Below, piece after piece: positions 36,867 through 46,120 of a stretch of DNA of 58,151 nucleotides. The first letter of the stretch is position 1, and each line of letters begins with the position of its first letter. The notes under the pieces are model-generated. The model worked only from the letters and a program-made list of their open reading frames with translations, was not told the DNA's origin and did not search any database. The DNA is taken from assembly GCA_027449585.1 (NCBI GenBank), contig DAIDLJ010000002.1, forward strand, positions 1-58,151, in the 5' to 3' direction. The translations under genes were made by a program, and so were the position numbers. The stretch is from Candidatus Micrarchaeota archaeon (lineage in GTDB: Archaea > Micrarchaeota > Micrarchaeia > Micrarchaeales > CABMGC01).

Positions 36867-37970
36867 ATGCGGTTTCCTGTCTCAATTGTTGGCGCTGGAA
36901 CGGCGGGTTTGATAACCGCCAGGCGTCTGGGCGAGCTTGGATTTAGCCCGAGAGTTTATGATCAGAAGAGAGTTCTTGGAGTGCCTGTTCGCGCTTCGGG
37001 AATACTTTCTCTTAGCGGCATTGCGAGGCTTGGCATAAATTATTCCGGATGCGAGACGAACAGGCTGCACGGCGCGAAGATATACGCTGGTAAGTCGGTG
37101 CTTAAAGTAAAATCAAAAGCGGCAATTGCGGTGGTGCTCGACAGGAAGAGGCTCAACGACGCATGCTATGACCAGGCGAAGGCGGCAGGCGCGGAAGTGA
37201 TAACCGAAAAGAGGCTTGCCGGGCACTCTCTTGAGGGGATGGCGGGCCGCGGCGTGTTAGTTGGAGCTGACGGGGCAGTATCCTCGGTGGCACGGCACTT
37301 TGGCTTCGGCGAGATTAGTCGGTTTGCTGTGACTTATAAGGCCGAGTACGAGGTTGAAGCTGCAGAAAGTGGCATGGTAGAGCTGTTTTTCGACAATAGG
37401 AATTATCCGGGCCTCTTTGGATGGACATGCCCCAACAGGAAGGACCTGCTCGAGGTTGGTGTGGGGCTCTACTCTGGAAACGGAAATGCGCGTGCGGCAT
37501 TTGATAAGCTGATAAAGACTGAGCAGATAGCCTCGGTTATAGGGAACAGGAGGCCAGTAAACCATGGCGCATCGATAATACCGATGCGCATGCGCAAAAG
37601 CATAGTGGATGAAAGGAGGCGTATTATGCTCGTTGGGGATGCCGCCGGGCAGGTTAAAGCGACTACTGGAGGCGGGATCATATTTGGTGGCAGCGCGGCG
37701 CTTATGGCCGCCGAGGCGATTGCCAGGAACGCGGATTCTGGTGCGCCGCTCTCTAATTATGAGAGTGAATTTAGGGGTGCGTACGGCCTTGACCTTGATA
37801 TGCATTATATGATAAATAAAGTATACTCCAGTATGGGAACTAAGAGCATGGAAAAAGTTGTGTCTGTAATGAAGACGCTTGGCTTGGACAGGTTCCTGTC
37901 GGCTTATGGAGATATGGACAGGCCATCACTTATCCTGAAGAGGTTCTTCCTTAGGGGCCTTGCCAGATGA
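36867..37970 (+). CDS. Geranylgeranyl reductase family FAD-dependent oxidoreductase
   Basis: 367 aa. It has 'IVGAGTAGLITA' (GxGxxG) and 'LVGDAAGQVKATTGGGI', typical of digeranylgeranylglycerophospholipid reductases. Confidence 0.85.
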   Translation: MRFPVSIVGAGTAGLITARRLGELGFSPRVYDQKRVLGVPVRASGILSLSGIARLGINYSGCETNRLHGAKIYAGKSVLKVKSKAAIAVVLDRKRLNDACYDQAKAAGAEVITEKRLAGHSLEGMAGRGVLVGADGAVSSVARHFGFGEISRFAVTYKAEYEVEAAESGMVELFFDNRNYPGLFGWTCPNRKDLLEVGVGLYSGNGNARAAFDKLIKTEQIASVIGNRRPVNHGASIIPMRMRKSIVDERRRIMLVGDAAGQVKATTGGGIIFGGSAALMAAEAIARNADSGAPLSNYESEFRGAYGLDLDMHYMINKVYSSMGTKSMEKVVSVMKTLGLDRFLSAYGDMDRPSLILKRFFLRGLAR

Positions 37971-38468
37971 TATTTCGCTAATTGCTTTCTTGCCCATCTC
38001 CTCCCTTATCCGAAGCTCCTTGTTTACCTTCTCCAGATCCTCGGGCTTGAGAACTTTTGTAAGAATGTATTTTGAATAGTCCATAGACATCTGCGATAGG
38101 CTTGTGAGCACCGCATGCAGCTGGCTTGACTTCATAACAAAGTCACCCTCTGGCCGTATCACCTCGATGCCGACCGGAGAGAAGCTGAATATGACCTGTA
38201 TGAGCGCGCCTATGTCAGTGAATAACACATCGACTATAGCGTTTGTTGAGTAGACATCCTCAAGCTTTATCGGCTCGTCTATGCTTCCTGCAGCATATAC
38301 TACTCCAGGGCTCTTTAGCAGCCTGACGTTTATCAGGTCCACCATCAATGGCTGGAGCTCCTCCTGCTTCTCGCTTTGCATATCGAAATAGAGCTTGGCG
38401 AGTATGCCGCCTTTTGATATTGTCTTCTCCGTTATCTCGCTCATTTCGCTTTTTGCCATGAATATCAC
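37926..38468 (-). CDS. Hypothetical protein, co-oriented with and overlapping the hisS stop
   Basis: 180-aa ORF. Its start overlaps the hisS stop by 4 nt. Its 3' end overlaps the convergent reductase gene by 45 nt. I recognise no family. Confidence 0.5.
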   Translation of the reverse strand: MIFMAKSEMSEITEKTISKGGILAKLYFDMQSEKQEELQPLMVDLINVRLLKSPGVVYAAGSIDEPIKLEDVYSTNAIVDVLFTDIGALIQVIFSFSPVGIEVIRPEGDFVMKSSQLHAVLTSLSQMSMDYSKYILTKVLKPEDLEKVNKELRIREEMGKKAISEISSGKAPKEEPLQDK

Positions 38469-39775
38469 TTCTTAAGCGCAGCTATTGCACCATCAATATC
38501 TAAAAGCTCTTCCGTTCCGTCAGACATGTTCTTTAGCTTGATCTTGCCCTCCGCCTTCTCCTTGGCGCCGATTATTGCCACGTAGGGTATGCCTGCGGCG
38601 TTGGCATACTCGAGCTGCTTGGATATGCCCTTTTCGGTGAGTCCCATATCCACATATATTCCTGCAGATCTCATCTTGCTTGCAGCCTCTATGCAGTATT
38701 CTAGGTTGAACGATCCGACCTGGGCTATGAATACCTTTGCATATGTCTTTGGTCCGTTGCCAGAATATAGTATGTCGAATACGCGGCTGATTCCTATTGA
38801 TGATCCAACAGCAGGGGTGGCTGATTTTGAGTACATGCCTATGAGGTTGTCGTACCTTCCACCGGCCGCTATTGTTGGCAGCCTTCCTTCTGCAGTCTGT
38901 ATTATAACCTCCCATACAAATCCGGTGTAGTAGTCAAGCCCGCGGGCAAGTGAGAGGTCAAGATGTATCTCGTCATGGACTCCGAAGTTCTCCAGCATGC
39001 CAAGAAGCGAGCGGACCTTGTCGACCTCGGCCTTTGAGTTTTCTATTTCTAGCTCAGCCTTCTTGAGCTTGTCCTCGTTACTGATCTGTTCCTTTATGAA
39101 TGAGAGCATGATCTGGGCCTGGTCATCCATCATGCCCATGGCCTTGAGCTGGTTTGTGGTTTCCGAGATGCCAATCTTCTCCATCTTGTCTATTATCCTC
39201 ATTGCAGGCCCGAGTTTTTCCTTTGCCACCTTGAAATGGGTGAGCACGAGCTCGAGAAGGGGCCTGCTGTTCACCAGTATCAGGCAGTTCTTCACTCCGG
39301 CAGATGACAAGGCATCCATTGTCGTGGATATGCATTCCGCATCGGCTGCCACGTCCGAGCTGCCGATTATGTCTACGTCCGCCTGCATGAATTCCCTGGA
39401 GCGGAGCCTCTGAGGCTCATCCCTTCTCCATACCTTGTCTATCTGATATCTCTTGAATGGAAATGGTATGTCCTTGTTCATCGCCATGAATCTTGCAAGT
39501 GGTACTGTAAAATCAAACCTGAGGGCCGTATCCTTGCCATCCATCAGGTACATCTCCTTGGTTGACTCTTCGCCGTAGGCCTTGGCACTGAGCGTCTCGG
39601 TGTTCTCTATTGCGGGAGTTATCAGCGGGGCAAAGCCGTGCCTCTTGAAGGCCTCCTCGATGCCATTCATGAGATACTTTAGGTGCATTGCCTCGTTAGG
39701 GCCGAAGTCCCGCGTGCCTCTTGGCACGTCGACTACAAATCCCTGTGGCGTCTTTATTGCCATCTTTATCAGCAA
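38465..39775 (-). CDS. hisS: Histidyl-tRNA synthetase
   Basis: 436 aa. It has class II motifs, 'RGTRDF' near the N-terminus, 'FMQADVDIIG', 'AAGGRYDNL' and a C-terminal anticodon-binding domain. Confidence 0.93.
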   Translation of the reverse strand: MLIKMAIKTPQGFVVDVPRGTRDFGPNEAMHLKYLMNGIEEAFKRHGFAPLITPAIENTETLSAKAYGEESTKEMYLMDGKDTALRFDFTVPLARFMAMNKDIPFPFKRYQIDKVWRRDEPQRLRSREFMQADVDIIGSSDVAADAECISTTMDALSSAGVKNCLILVNSRPLLELVLTHFKVAKEKLGPAMRIIDKMEKIGISETTNQLKAMGMMDDQAQIMLSFIKEQISNEDKLKKAELEIENSKAEVDKVRSLLGMLENFGVHDEIHLDLSLARGLDYYTGFVWEVIIQTAEGRLPTIAAGGRYDNLIGMYSKSATPAVGSSIGISRVFDILYSGNGPKTYAKVFIAQVGSFNLEYCIEAASKMRSAGIYVDMGLTEKGISKQLEYANAAGIPYVAIIGAKEKAEGKIKLKNMSDGTEELLDIDGAIAALKK

Positions 39776-39778
39776 GAA

Positions 39779-40093
39779 TCAGAGGTTCTTGTCAAGCCAC
39801 TTCTTGAACGACTCCTTTGGAAGCGCGCCGACAGACATGGCCTTGACATCCCCGTTCTCGAAGACTAGCACGCTTGGGATGCTCATTATGTTGTACTTTG
39901 CAGCTATATCCGTATTCTCATCGGTATTAAGCTTGCCGAACTTAACTTTTGGCTCGTAGGACTTTGAGACTTCGTCTATTATTGGTGAAAAAATCCTGCA
40001 AGGTCCGCACCATTCTGCCCAAAAATCAACTACCACTGGGGTCTTTGACTTCAAAACTTCCGCCTCGAAATTCTTTGTGGTGAAATCCATCAT
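39779..40093 (-). CDS. trxA: Thioredoxin
   Basis: 104 aa with the active site 'WAEWCGPCR'. Confidence 0.93.
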   Translation of the reverse strand: MMDFTTKNFEAEVLKSKTPVVVDFWAEWCGPCRIFSPIIDEVSKSYEPKVKFGKLNTDENTDIAAKYNIMSIPSVLVFENGDVKAMSVGALPKESFKKWLDKNL

Positions 40094-40171
40094 AAAATCA
40101 CAGATTTAGTATACCATTATTGCATCAAACAAATATAAGCCTTTGGTAGACCAAGTGGGCATCGTGTAGTA

Positions 40172-41218
40172 TCATTGCTGCTTGTTTGTCGACGAATTTA
40201 GTCGGTTGAACAGCGCCAGCACTATCGCTGCTGCGATGATTATGAAGCCTAGCCAGGCCCTGTAGTCCTGCACGTTGTTTATTGCAAAGACTATGCCAAG
40301 GAAGAGGTTGCAGAAGGCAAAGAGCGGAGGGATGGCAGGAAGAGCCACCTTGTACCTCTTGAGAAGATACATGGTGAATATCATCCCAAAGGTTGCGCCC
40401 ACGGCGATCATGATGGCTGCAAAGTAGCTTAGGAAGCTTATGTAGGCGCTTACGGAGAGCATCAGTGGCAGTGCAAGGTCGCCAGTGCCTAGCTGCACCT
40501 GCGACACTACTGGAAATATGCCATTCTTGACGAGATTCTTTACAAGAGGGTCGGTTGGCCTGGCCTGCTTTTTATACTCGGCAAGGTCCTTCTTTGAAAG
40601 ATACTTCTTTGGTATCGCCTCGTAATCAGTAGAGCCTATAAGGAATGCTAGATTCTTGGAGGAGATCTCGTTTGCCATTGTTAGCATGTGTTTTGTTATG
40701 AATACGGCGATATAGTCGTATATGGTTATGAGCAGCATTAGGAAGTAAGCCAGGTAGAATCCGTTGGATCCTATTAGTATGCCGACGCCAATGCTTGACG
40801 AGACGGCCAGGAAGTTCCTAAGTCCCGGACGTATGTTCTTTATGATTATAAGAGCGCCAGTAACTACTGCAGCGAATATGAGCAGGCTGTTTGGGTTTAT
40901 GGATGGCAGCGCGGTGCTCAGGATCGAGAAGAGCACATAACCCGTGGCCATCAATATGACTACGGCCTCCATTAGCCTGAAGATGCCTGGCTTCCTATAG
41001 AAACGCATAAGCAGCAGTAGAGCTGCAGTCGCCGCGAGTATGTAGAGGAGGTATATGAATGCGCCTTCGAACGAGTTTATCTGGACCGAGTTTCCCTGCA
41101 CGTAGTAGAGTATGGATGGCATTGTGTATATGGCTATTAGCAGGCCGCCGAACTGCACTACAAGAAATAGCACTATTATGTTGACAAGCTGCCTTGCCTC
41201 TATCTTTCTCTCCAGCAA
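40172..41218 (-). CDS. Presenilin/signal-peptide-peptidase-like intramembrane aspartyl protease (A22 family)
   Basis: 348 aa with about 9 TM helices. The 'YD' motif lies in 'ITIYDYIAVF', the 'GxGD' motif in 'LGTGDLALP', and a PAL-like 'LPAIPPL' lies near the C-terminus. Confidence 0.7.
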   Translation of the reverse strand: MLERKIEARQLVNIIVLFLVVQFGGLLIAIYTMPSILYYVQGNSVQINSFEGAFIYLLYILAATAALLLLMRFYRKPGIFRLMEAVVILMATGYVLFSILSTALPSINPNSLLIFAAVVTGALIIIKNIRPGLRNFLAVSSSIGVGILIGSNGFYLAYFLMLLITIYDYIAVFITKHMLTMANEISSKNLAFLIGSTDYEAIPKKYLSKKDLAEYKKQARPTDPLVKNLVKNGIFPVVSQVQLGTGDLALPLMLSVSAYISFLSYFAAIMIAVGATFGMIFTMYLLKRYKVALPAIPPLFAFCNLFLGIVFAINNVQDYRAWLGFIIIAAAIVLALFNRLNSSTNKQQ

Positions 41219-41226
41219 AACACCGC

Positions 41227-43299
41227 TTATTCCTCTTCGCGCTTCACCAATTTAAGTATTCCGGGCTTAGGTGTATAGATGTCACCGCTTCGCTCAAGTT
41301 CGTTGACATATTTTGTCGTTTCGGCCCTGCTTATGTTGAGCGCCTCGGCGTCATCGAGCACGCGCTTGTAGTCCGCACCTGACCCTTCGTCAAGCTTCTT
41401 TATGAGCGCAACTATCTGGTTCATCTTGCTTATCTTCTCCTTCGGGTAACCGGTCATTATCCTGTCTATGTCCAGGTTGCCTGCGCTGTCCACCCCCAGG
41501 GTCTTGAACATGTACTGGAAGAGAGCTATTGCAAGCTCCGCATCCTTGAGCTCTATCTTGTTTGAGAGCCTGGACTTCGTGCTGGCCTCGGCCATCCTCA
41601 CAAGGCCCTCTATCTGCCTTGGCGTGATCGGCGTGGATCCTGTCCTCATTCCCTTTGACCTGAGATTTAGGTAATAATCCTCTATCCTCTTGCTGGCCTC
41701 TGGCGTGAGCCTTGGATTTATGTGCCTCTTTGCATAGGCTATGTACTTCCTGAGCATTTCAGGGGTTACTGGTGGGAGCTGCGGCTGCTCGTAGTTTGTT
41801 GCGCCCGAGACCTTTGCTCCGGCCGATTCATGCTGCAGGAGTATGTGCCTTGCTATTGACTTGTCCTGCGCCTCGTCCATGATGTCCTGTATTGGAAATA
41901 TAAGATCGAACCTTGACAGAAGCGCAGGGGAGATGTTGAACTGGTCTGAGGGATATGCACTCTTGTCAAACCTCCCGAACTTTGGATTTGCAGCTGCTAG
42001 AACAGAGGTTTTTGCGGAAAATCTGGCAACTATTCCTGCTTTTGCCACGCTTATTGTCTGAGACTCTAGAGCCTCAAGAAGCGAGGACTTGTCCTCCTCG
42101 CTTATCTTGTCAAATTCATCTATGCTAACCTCACCGCCTGAACCCAGCACGAGTGCGCCGGCCTTGAGCGTCCAGCCGCCTTCGGATAGCTCATCTCGTT
42201 CTGCAGATGCAGTAAGACCAGCGGACGTGGTGGATTTTCCGCTGACATATATTCCCTTTGGGACTATGGCGGTAACGGCCTGCAAGAGCCTTGTCTTGGC
42301 GCTTCCAGGATCCCCTATTAGCATTATATGAATGTCGCTCCTTATGGCACCGCCGTCTATTAGCTTCTTGTCCGCCGTCCCACCGAAAAGCTGCAGCGCA
42401 AGGGCGCTTTTTATCTCGTCGTATCCGTATATCGACGGCGCGATGGATTTTGTTATCTTGTCGAAGATGTTTGGGTCCTTTGACATCTCAAGTATTGCAG
42501 CCTCGTCCTCGGCAGTAATGTCTAGTTCTGCAAATTCCTTCTGCTTGGGCCTGAGGGATACTGTATCGAAGAATGGCGTGAAGAGTGACTTGTCCTCCTT
42601 TCCCTTTGCATTCCTCCTTGGCCTGATCCTAAGTATGCCGGTTATCGAGACCCTATCTCCAGGTATTATGGTGTTGACAAGGTCGTCATCTATAACGACC
42701 TCCAGGTGCCATGTTGGCGTGCTGCCCCTGAGTCGCTCCAGCGGATCCTGGACTGCAAGCCTTTGCATGTTTATGAATTTTGACTCGTTGTTGATCTGCT
42801 TGAGCGCCCGCCTTTTGCACTGCGGGCATATCTCTGGTACGTCGTCCTTGTCTATCTTTGTCTCGATTGTGCTGCCGCAGAATGTGCACTTGAACTTTGC
42901 GACCTGCACACGTGGTATTATCTCCGATCTCTTGACCACAAGCGAGTCCAGGGTCAGGAGCTTGTTTATGTGCTCCGAACCGACATCCTGTATCAGTGGC
43001 ATGTTGGTTTCGGATCCAAAGAACCTGGAGTATACCGGCTCCTTGAGGTCGGATGGGCTTAGCTTTGTAAGCGCCGAATTTGCTATAGGCATTATAACGT
43101 CCGGATTTTCCTGTAGCTCAGTTGCAAGATCGACGTCATACCTCTCCAAGTCCTTCGTATCTATAAGGACGCTCCTCTTCTTTGGATAGCTGACATACAT
43201 GTCATTTATCTGGTCTATGTAGTATGAGTTGAAAAATTCGGTGAATCTGTCTTCTATTTGCCCTGAGGCTACGGCGTCTAAACTATCCATGAGTACCAC
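41227..43299 (-). CDS. mcm: MCM replicative helicase
   Basis: 690 aa. It has the Zn finger 'CTFCGS...CPQCKRR', Walker A 'GDPGSAKT', Walker B 'IDEFDK', the arginine finger 'SRFDLIF' and a C-terminal wH domain. Confidence 0.96.
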   Translation of the reverse strand: MVLMDSLDAVASGQIEDRFTEFFNSYYIDQINDMYVSYPKKRSVLIDTKDLERYDVDLATELQENPDVIMPIANSALTKLSPSDLKEPVYSRFFGSETNMPLIQDVGSEHINKLLTLDSLVVKRSEIIPRVQVAKFKCTFCGSTIETKIDKDDVPEICPQCKRRALKQINNESKFINMQRLAVQDPLERLRGSTPTWHLEVVIDDDLVNTIIPGDRVSITGILRIRPRRNAKGKEDKSLFTPFFDTVSLRPKQKEFAELDITAEDEAAILEMSKDPNIFDKITKSIAPSIYGYDEIKSALALQLFGGTADKKLIDGGAIRSDIHIMLIGDPGSAKTRLLQAVTAIVPKGIYVSGKSTTSAGLTASAERDELSEGGWTLKAGALVLGSGGEVSIDEFDKISEEDKSSLLEALESQTISVAKAGIVARFSAKTSVLAAANPKFGRFDKSAYPSDQFNISPALLSRFDLIFPIQDIMDEAQDKSIARHILLQHESAGAKVSGATNYEQPQLPPVTPEMLRKYIAYAKRHINPRLTPEASKRIEDYYLNLRSKGMRTGSTPITPRQIEGLVRMAEASTKSRLSNKIELKDAELAIALFQYMFKTLGVDSAGNLDIDRIMTGYPKEKISKMNQIVALIKKLDEGSGADYKRVLDDAEALNISRAETTKYVNELERSGDIYTPKPGILKLVKREEE

Positions 43300-43387
43300 T
43301 ACAAGCAGACCCTTATACCCTCGCTGCGAACAATATAAAAATTATCCCTAAATAATAGAATAGTGGAAGTAACCCGCAGATGGTTTT

Positions 43388-44896
43388 TTGCCTAAATTTT
43401 ACATAACGACCTCAATACCGTATGTCAATGCGAAACCGCACATCGGGCACGCGCTTGAATTTGTGCAGGCGGACGTTATAGCAAGACACAGAAAGATGCA
43501 TGGAGAGCAAGTCAAAATGACCACTGGGGGGGATGAGAACAGCCTAAAGATAGTTTTGGCTGCTGAGAAGCTTGGAAAGTCTGCCGCTGAGTTGTGCGAG
43601 GAGAACTCTGGCAGGTTCAAGGAACTTGCCGACATGATAGAACTTGATTATGATGCGTTTGTCAGGACATCGATAGATCCGGGACATAAGAAGGTGGCGC
43701 AGGCGCTCTGGAAGGCGTGCGATAGCGCTGGTGACATCTACAAAAAGAAGTATGGGGGGCTTTATTGCGTTGGTTGTGAGCTGTTCTATACCGAAAACGA
43801 GCTTGAGGGGGGATTGTGCCCGGAGCACAAAACGAAGCCGGAGTTTGTTGAAGAGGAAAACTATTTCTTCAGGCTATCTAAGTATCAGGACAAGCTGCTT
43901 GAGCTGATAGAGAGCGACCAGGTGAAGATAATACCAGACTTTAGGAAGACTGAGATGCTGAACTTCATAAAGTCCGGGCTTAGCGACTTTAGCATTTCAC
44001 GGTCAATAAGCAGGTCCCATGGATGGGGGCTCAAAGTTCCTGGCGATGAGTCCCAGATAATATATGTGTGGTTCGACGCGCTTGGGACATACCTTACTGG
44101 CGTGGGCTTTGCATCTGATCAAAAGGAGTTTGACACGTACTGGCCGGCAGACATGCACGTGGTTGGAAAGGGAATATTGAGGTTTCATGCAATCTATTGG
44201 ATTGCGATGCTCATGTCCGCCAAAATAAGGCTGCCGAAGTCGATACTTGTGCACGGATATGTGACCGTGGATGGCCAGAAGATGAGCAAGAGCATAGGAA
44301 ACGTGGTGGACCCGGTAGAGGTCGTGAAGAAGTACGGCGCAGAACCTATTAGGTACTATTTGATGAAGGAGATATCCACATTCCAGGACGGCGACTTCTC
44401 CGAGACAAAGCTAAGGGATGTGATAAACAACGAGCTCGTAGGCAATCTGGGTAATTTTGTCAACAGAACATTCGTATTCATAAATTCTAAGCTTGGCGGG
44501 AGACTGGCTGAGGCTGGGCTTGGTGAAGGGGCGCTGCTGATGAAAGAAGTTCATGATCTTGTTGGCTTGGCAGATAAGCTGCTTGAGGAGGGGCAGTTGA
44601 ACTTTGCTATTCTCAAGATACTGGAGATATCAAGCATGGGAAATAGGTACTTCCAGGAAAATGAGCCGTGGAGGCTAGTGAAGGAGGGCGACAACGAAGC
44701 TGCGCGGGAAGTACTGTTCGTATGCGCAAACATAGCGCGCGTTTTGGGGATAATGCTCTATCCATTCATGCCTTGCGCCTCTGAGGAGCTTCTTGCCCAG
44801 ATTGGCGAGAAGCCGGGATCAATCGATGATGCAAAAAAAATAACCGCATCCTTTGAGATAAGCAAGCTGCAGCTGTTGTTTAGCAAGGTCGAATGA
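43388..44896 (+). CDS. metG: Methionyl-tRNA synthetase (short form without C-terminal tRNA-binding domain)
   Basis: 502 aa with a TTG start. It contains 'PYVNAKPHIGHA' (HIGH), a Zn knuckle 'CVGCE...CPEH' and 'KMSKS'. Confidence 0.93.
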   Translation: MPKFYITTSIPYVNAKPHIGHALEFVQADVIARHRKMHGEQVKMTTGGDENSLKIVLAAEKLGKSAAELCEENSGRFKELADMIELDYDAFVRTSIDPGHKKVAQALWKACDSAGDIYKKKYGGLYCVGCELFYTENELEGGLCPEHKTKPEFVEEENYFFRLSKYQDKLLELIESDQVKIIPDFRKTEMLNFIKSGLSDFSISRSISRSHGWGLKVPGDESQIIYVWFDALGTYLTGVGFASDQKEFDTYWPADMHVVGKGILRFHAIYWIAMLMSAKIRLPKSILVHGYVTVDGQKMSKSIGNVVDPVEVVKKYGAEPIRYYLMKEISTFQDGDFSETKLRDVINNELVGNLGNFVNRTFVFINSKLGGRLAEAGLGEGALLMKEVHDLVGLADKLLEEGQLNFAILKILEISSMGNRYFQENEPWRLVKEGDNEAAREVLFVCANIARVLGIMLYPFMPCASEELLAQIGEKPGSIDDAKKITASFEISKLQLLFSKVE

Positions 44897-44907
44897 GCCT
44901 ATAACTG

Positions 44908-44915
44908 TTTTATAC
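44908..44915 (+). promoter_or_regulatory. TATA box driving the C/D sRNA and histone transcript
   Basis: TTTTATAC ends 22 nt before the C box. This predicts a transcription start at or just before the C box. Confidence 0.4.
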
Positions 44916-44936
44916 TTATTTCTACATCATATCTTT

Positions 44937-44985
44937 GTGATGACCGAGAACTTGTCTGATTTATGATGACGATCTTGAGTGCTGA
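44937..44985 (+). ncRNA. C/D box sRNA (2'-O-methylation guide)
   Basis: The canonical archaeal architecture is read directly. C box GTGATGA is at 44937-43. A 12-nt guide CCGAGAACTTGT follows. D' CTGA is at 44956-59, then TTT. C' ATGATGA is at 44963-69. A 12-nt guide CGATCTTGAGTG follows. D CTGA is at 44982-85. Confidence 0.8.
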
Positions 44986-45203
44986 TTTACGTGGGAAGGA
45001 TCTCCAGGGATGCTATAAGGAAGCTTGTTAAGAAACACTTTGATGTCAGTGTAACCGCCGGAGGGGCGGAGGAGATAGCAAAAATACTCGAGAACGAGGC
45101 GGAGAAGATAGCAAGCTATGCGGTCAAGAACGCAAAAAAGAACAGCCGGGACAAGGTCATAAAGAAGGATATAAACGATTATGTAATAAAGGGAAGGCGC
45201 TGA
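44979..45203 (+). CDS. Archaeal histone-fold protein (true start probably GTG at 44991)
   Basis: 'GRISRDAIRKLVKKHFDVSVTAGGAEEIAKILENEAEKIASYAVKNAKKNSRDKVIKKDINDYV' fits the alpha1-L1-alpha2-L2-alpha3 pattern of HMf-type histones and is about 70 aa. The first 4 codons of the track ORF overlap the D box of the sRNA. Confidence 0.7.
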   Translation: MLIYVGRISRDAIRKLVKKHFDVSVTAGGAEEIAKILENEAEKIASYAVKNAKKNSRDKVIKKDINDYVIKGRR

Positions 45204-45208
45204 TTCTG

Positions 45209-45760
45209 ATGGCTCTGGACTTCCTGATTAGCGATGATGGACGGATCGTTACAAGCACTTACGAAAGGGAGGGCCAGAGTAGGTTCTGCCTGTCTGAAAG
45301 AACAAAGTATGGAACACTGATATCGGAATTTAGCTCCAATTCTGAGGTATTAAACCAGGTTCATATAGGGAGCACTGATAATGAGAAGAGCCTGCTTGAA
45401 TATCTAGGGTCAAAGGAGCGGCGCGTTGTCCTAGTTGGCGCTTATCGCGGCATAAAAGTGAACGCGAAGTGCAGTTCCTGTGGCAAGATCGGACTTCGGC
45501 GCATACTCGACTTATCAAGCCCGATGGAGATAACCGAGGTGCCGGTAGTCCCGCTATTCAAGTGTGCTGCATGCGGCAAGATTCATTACTCTATGACTGA
45601 CGAGTATTTGAGACGGATAATGCAGGACAAGGAAGGGCTCTTTGAACCCGGGGAGCTAGCTGAGGTGCGCAAGGATGGGAATGCTTCGGTAAAGATGCTG
45701 CAAGAGTATATAATAAGAATTTTTGCTTCCAAGAAGATTAGTAGATTCAAGATAGAATGA
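45209..45760 (+). CDS. Hypothetical protein with CxxC...CxxC zinc ribbon
   Basis: 183 aa. The zinc-ribbon motif is 'CSSCGK...(27 aa)...CAACGK'. It lies 5 nt after the histone gene and 4 nt before the PRC-barrel gene. Confidence 0.55.
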   Translation: MALDFLISDDGRIVTSTYEREGQSRFCLSERTKYGTLISEFSSNSEVLNQVHIGSTDNEKSLLEYLGSKERRVVLVGAYRGIKVNAKCSSCGKIGLRRILDLSSPMEITEVPVVPLFKCAACGKIHYSMTDEYLRRIMQDKEGLFEPGELAEVRKDGNASVKMLQEYIIRIFASKKISRFKIE

Positions 45761-45764
45761 TTAT

Positions 45765-46007
45765 ATGACAGTAAACATATCCGAACTTTACAACAAGAAG
45801 ATTCTGACGCTAGGAGGCAGGATACTCGGGGAGGTGAAGGGAGTGATGCTTAACATGGAGAATGGTGAGGTCTCACATCTGCTCCTCAATAATCCAGACA
45901 ATCTCATGCGCAGCAGCAACTTGCGCACAGACTTCATAAAGAACAGCGTATCCTTCAAGAGAGTAAGGAAGATAACGGAGAGCATAGTCGTTTCAGACGC
46001 AGAGTAA
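45765..46007 (+). CDS. PRC-barrel domain protein
   Basis: 80 aa. 'LYNKKILTLGGRILGEVKGVMLNMENGEVSHLLL' matches the PRC-barrel pattern. Confidence 0.65.
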   Translation: MTVNISELYNKKILTLGGRILGEVKGVMLNMENGEVSHLLLNNPDNLMRSSNLRTDFIKNSVSFKRVRKITESIVVSDAE

Positions 46008-46120
46008 ATTGCAAACCAGCAAATAGACTTTGACGACTAGACGCAACGCAGCTGGTGAGGTCTTAGTTCGGGCTTAATCGGAATTGGCTTCTGTATGATT
46101 TTTCTGGCGCTAAGTCAGGA

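Noticed and set aside
41227-43299. Inteins in the typical host genes (mcm, rpoA'', and thermosome-adjacent genes).
   Set aside because: Protein lengths (690, 355 and 857 aa) and contiguous conserved motifs leave no room for an intein insertion.
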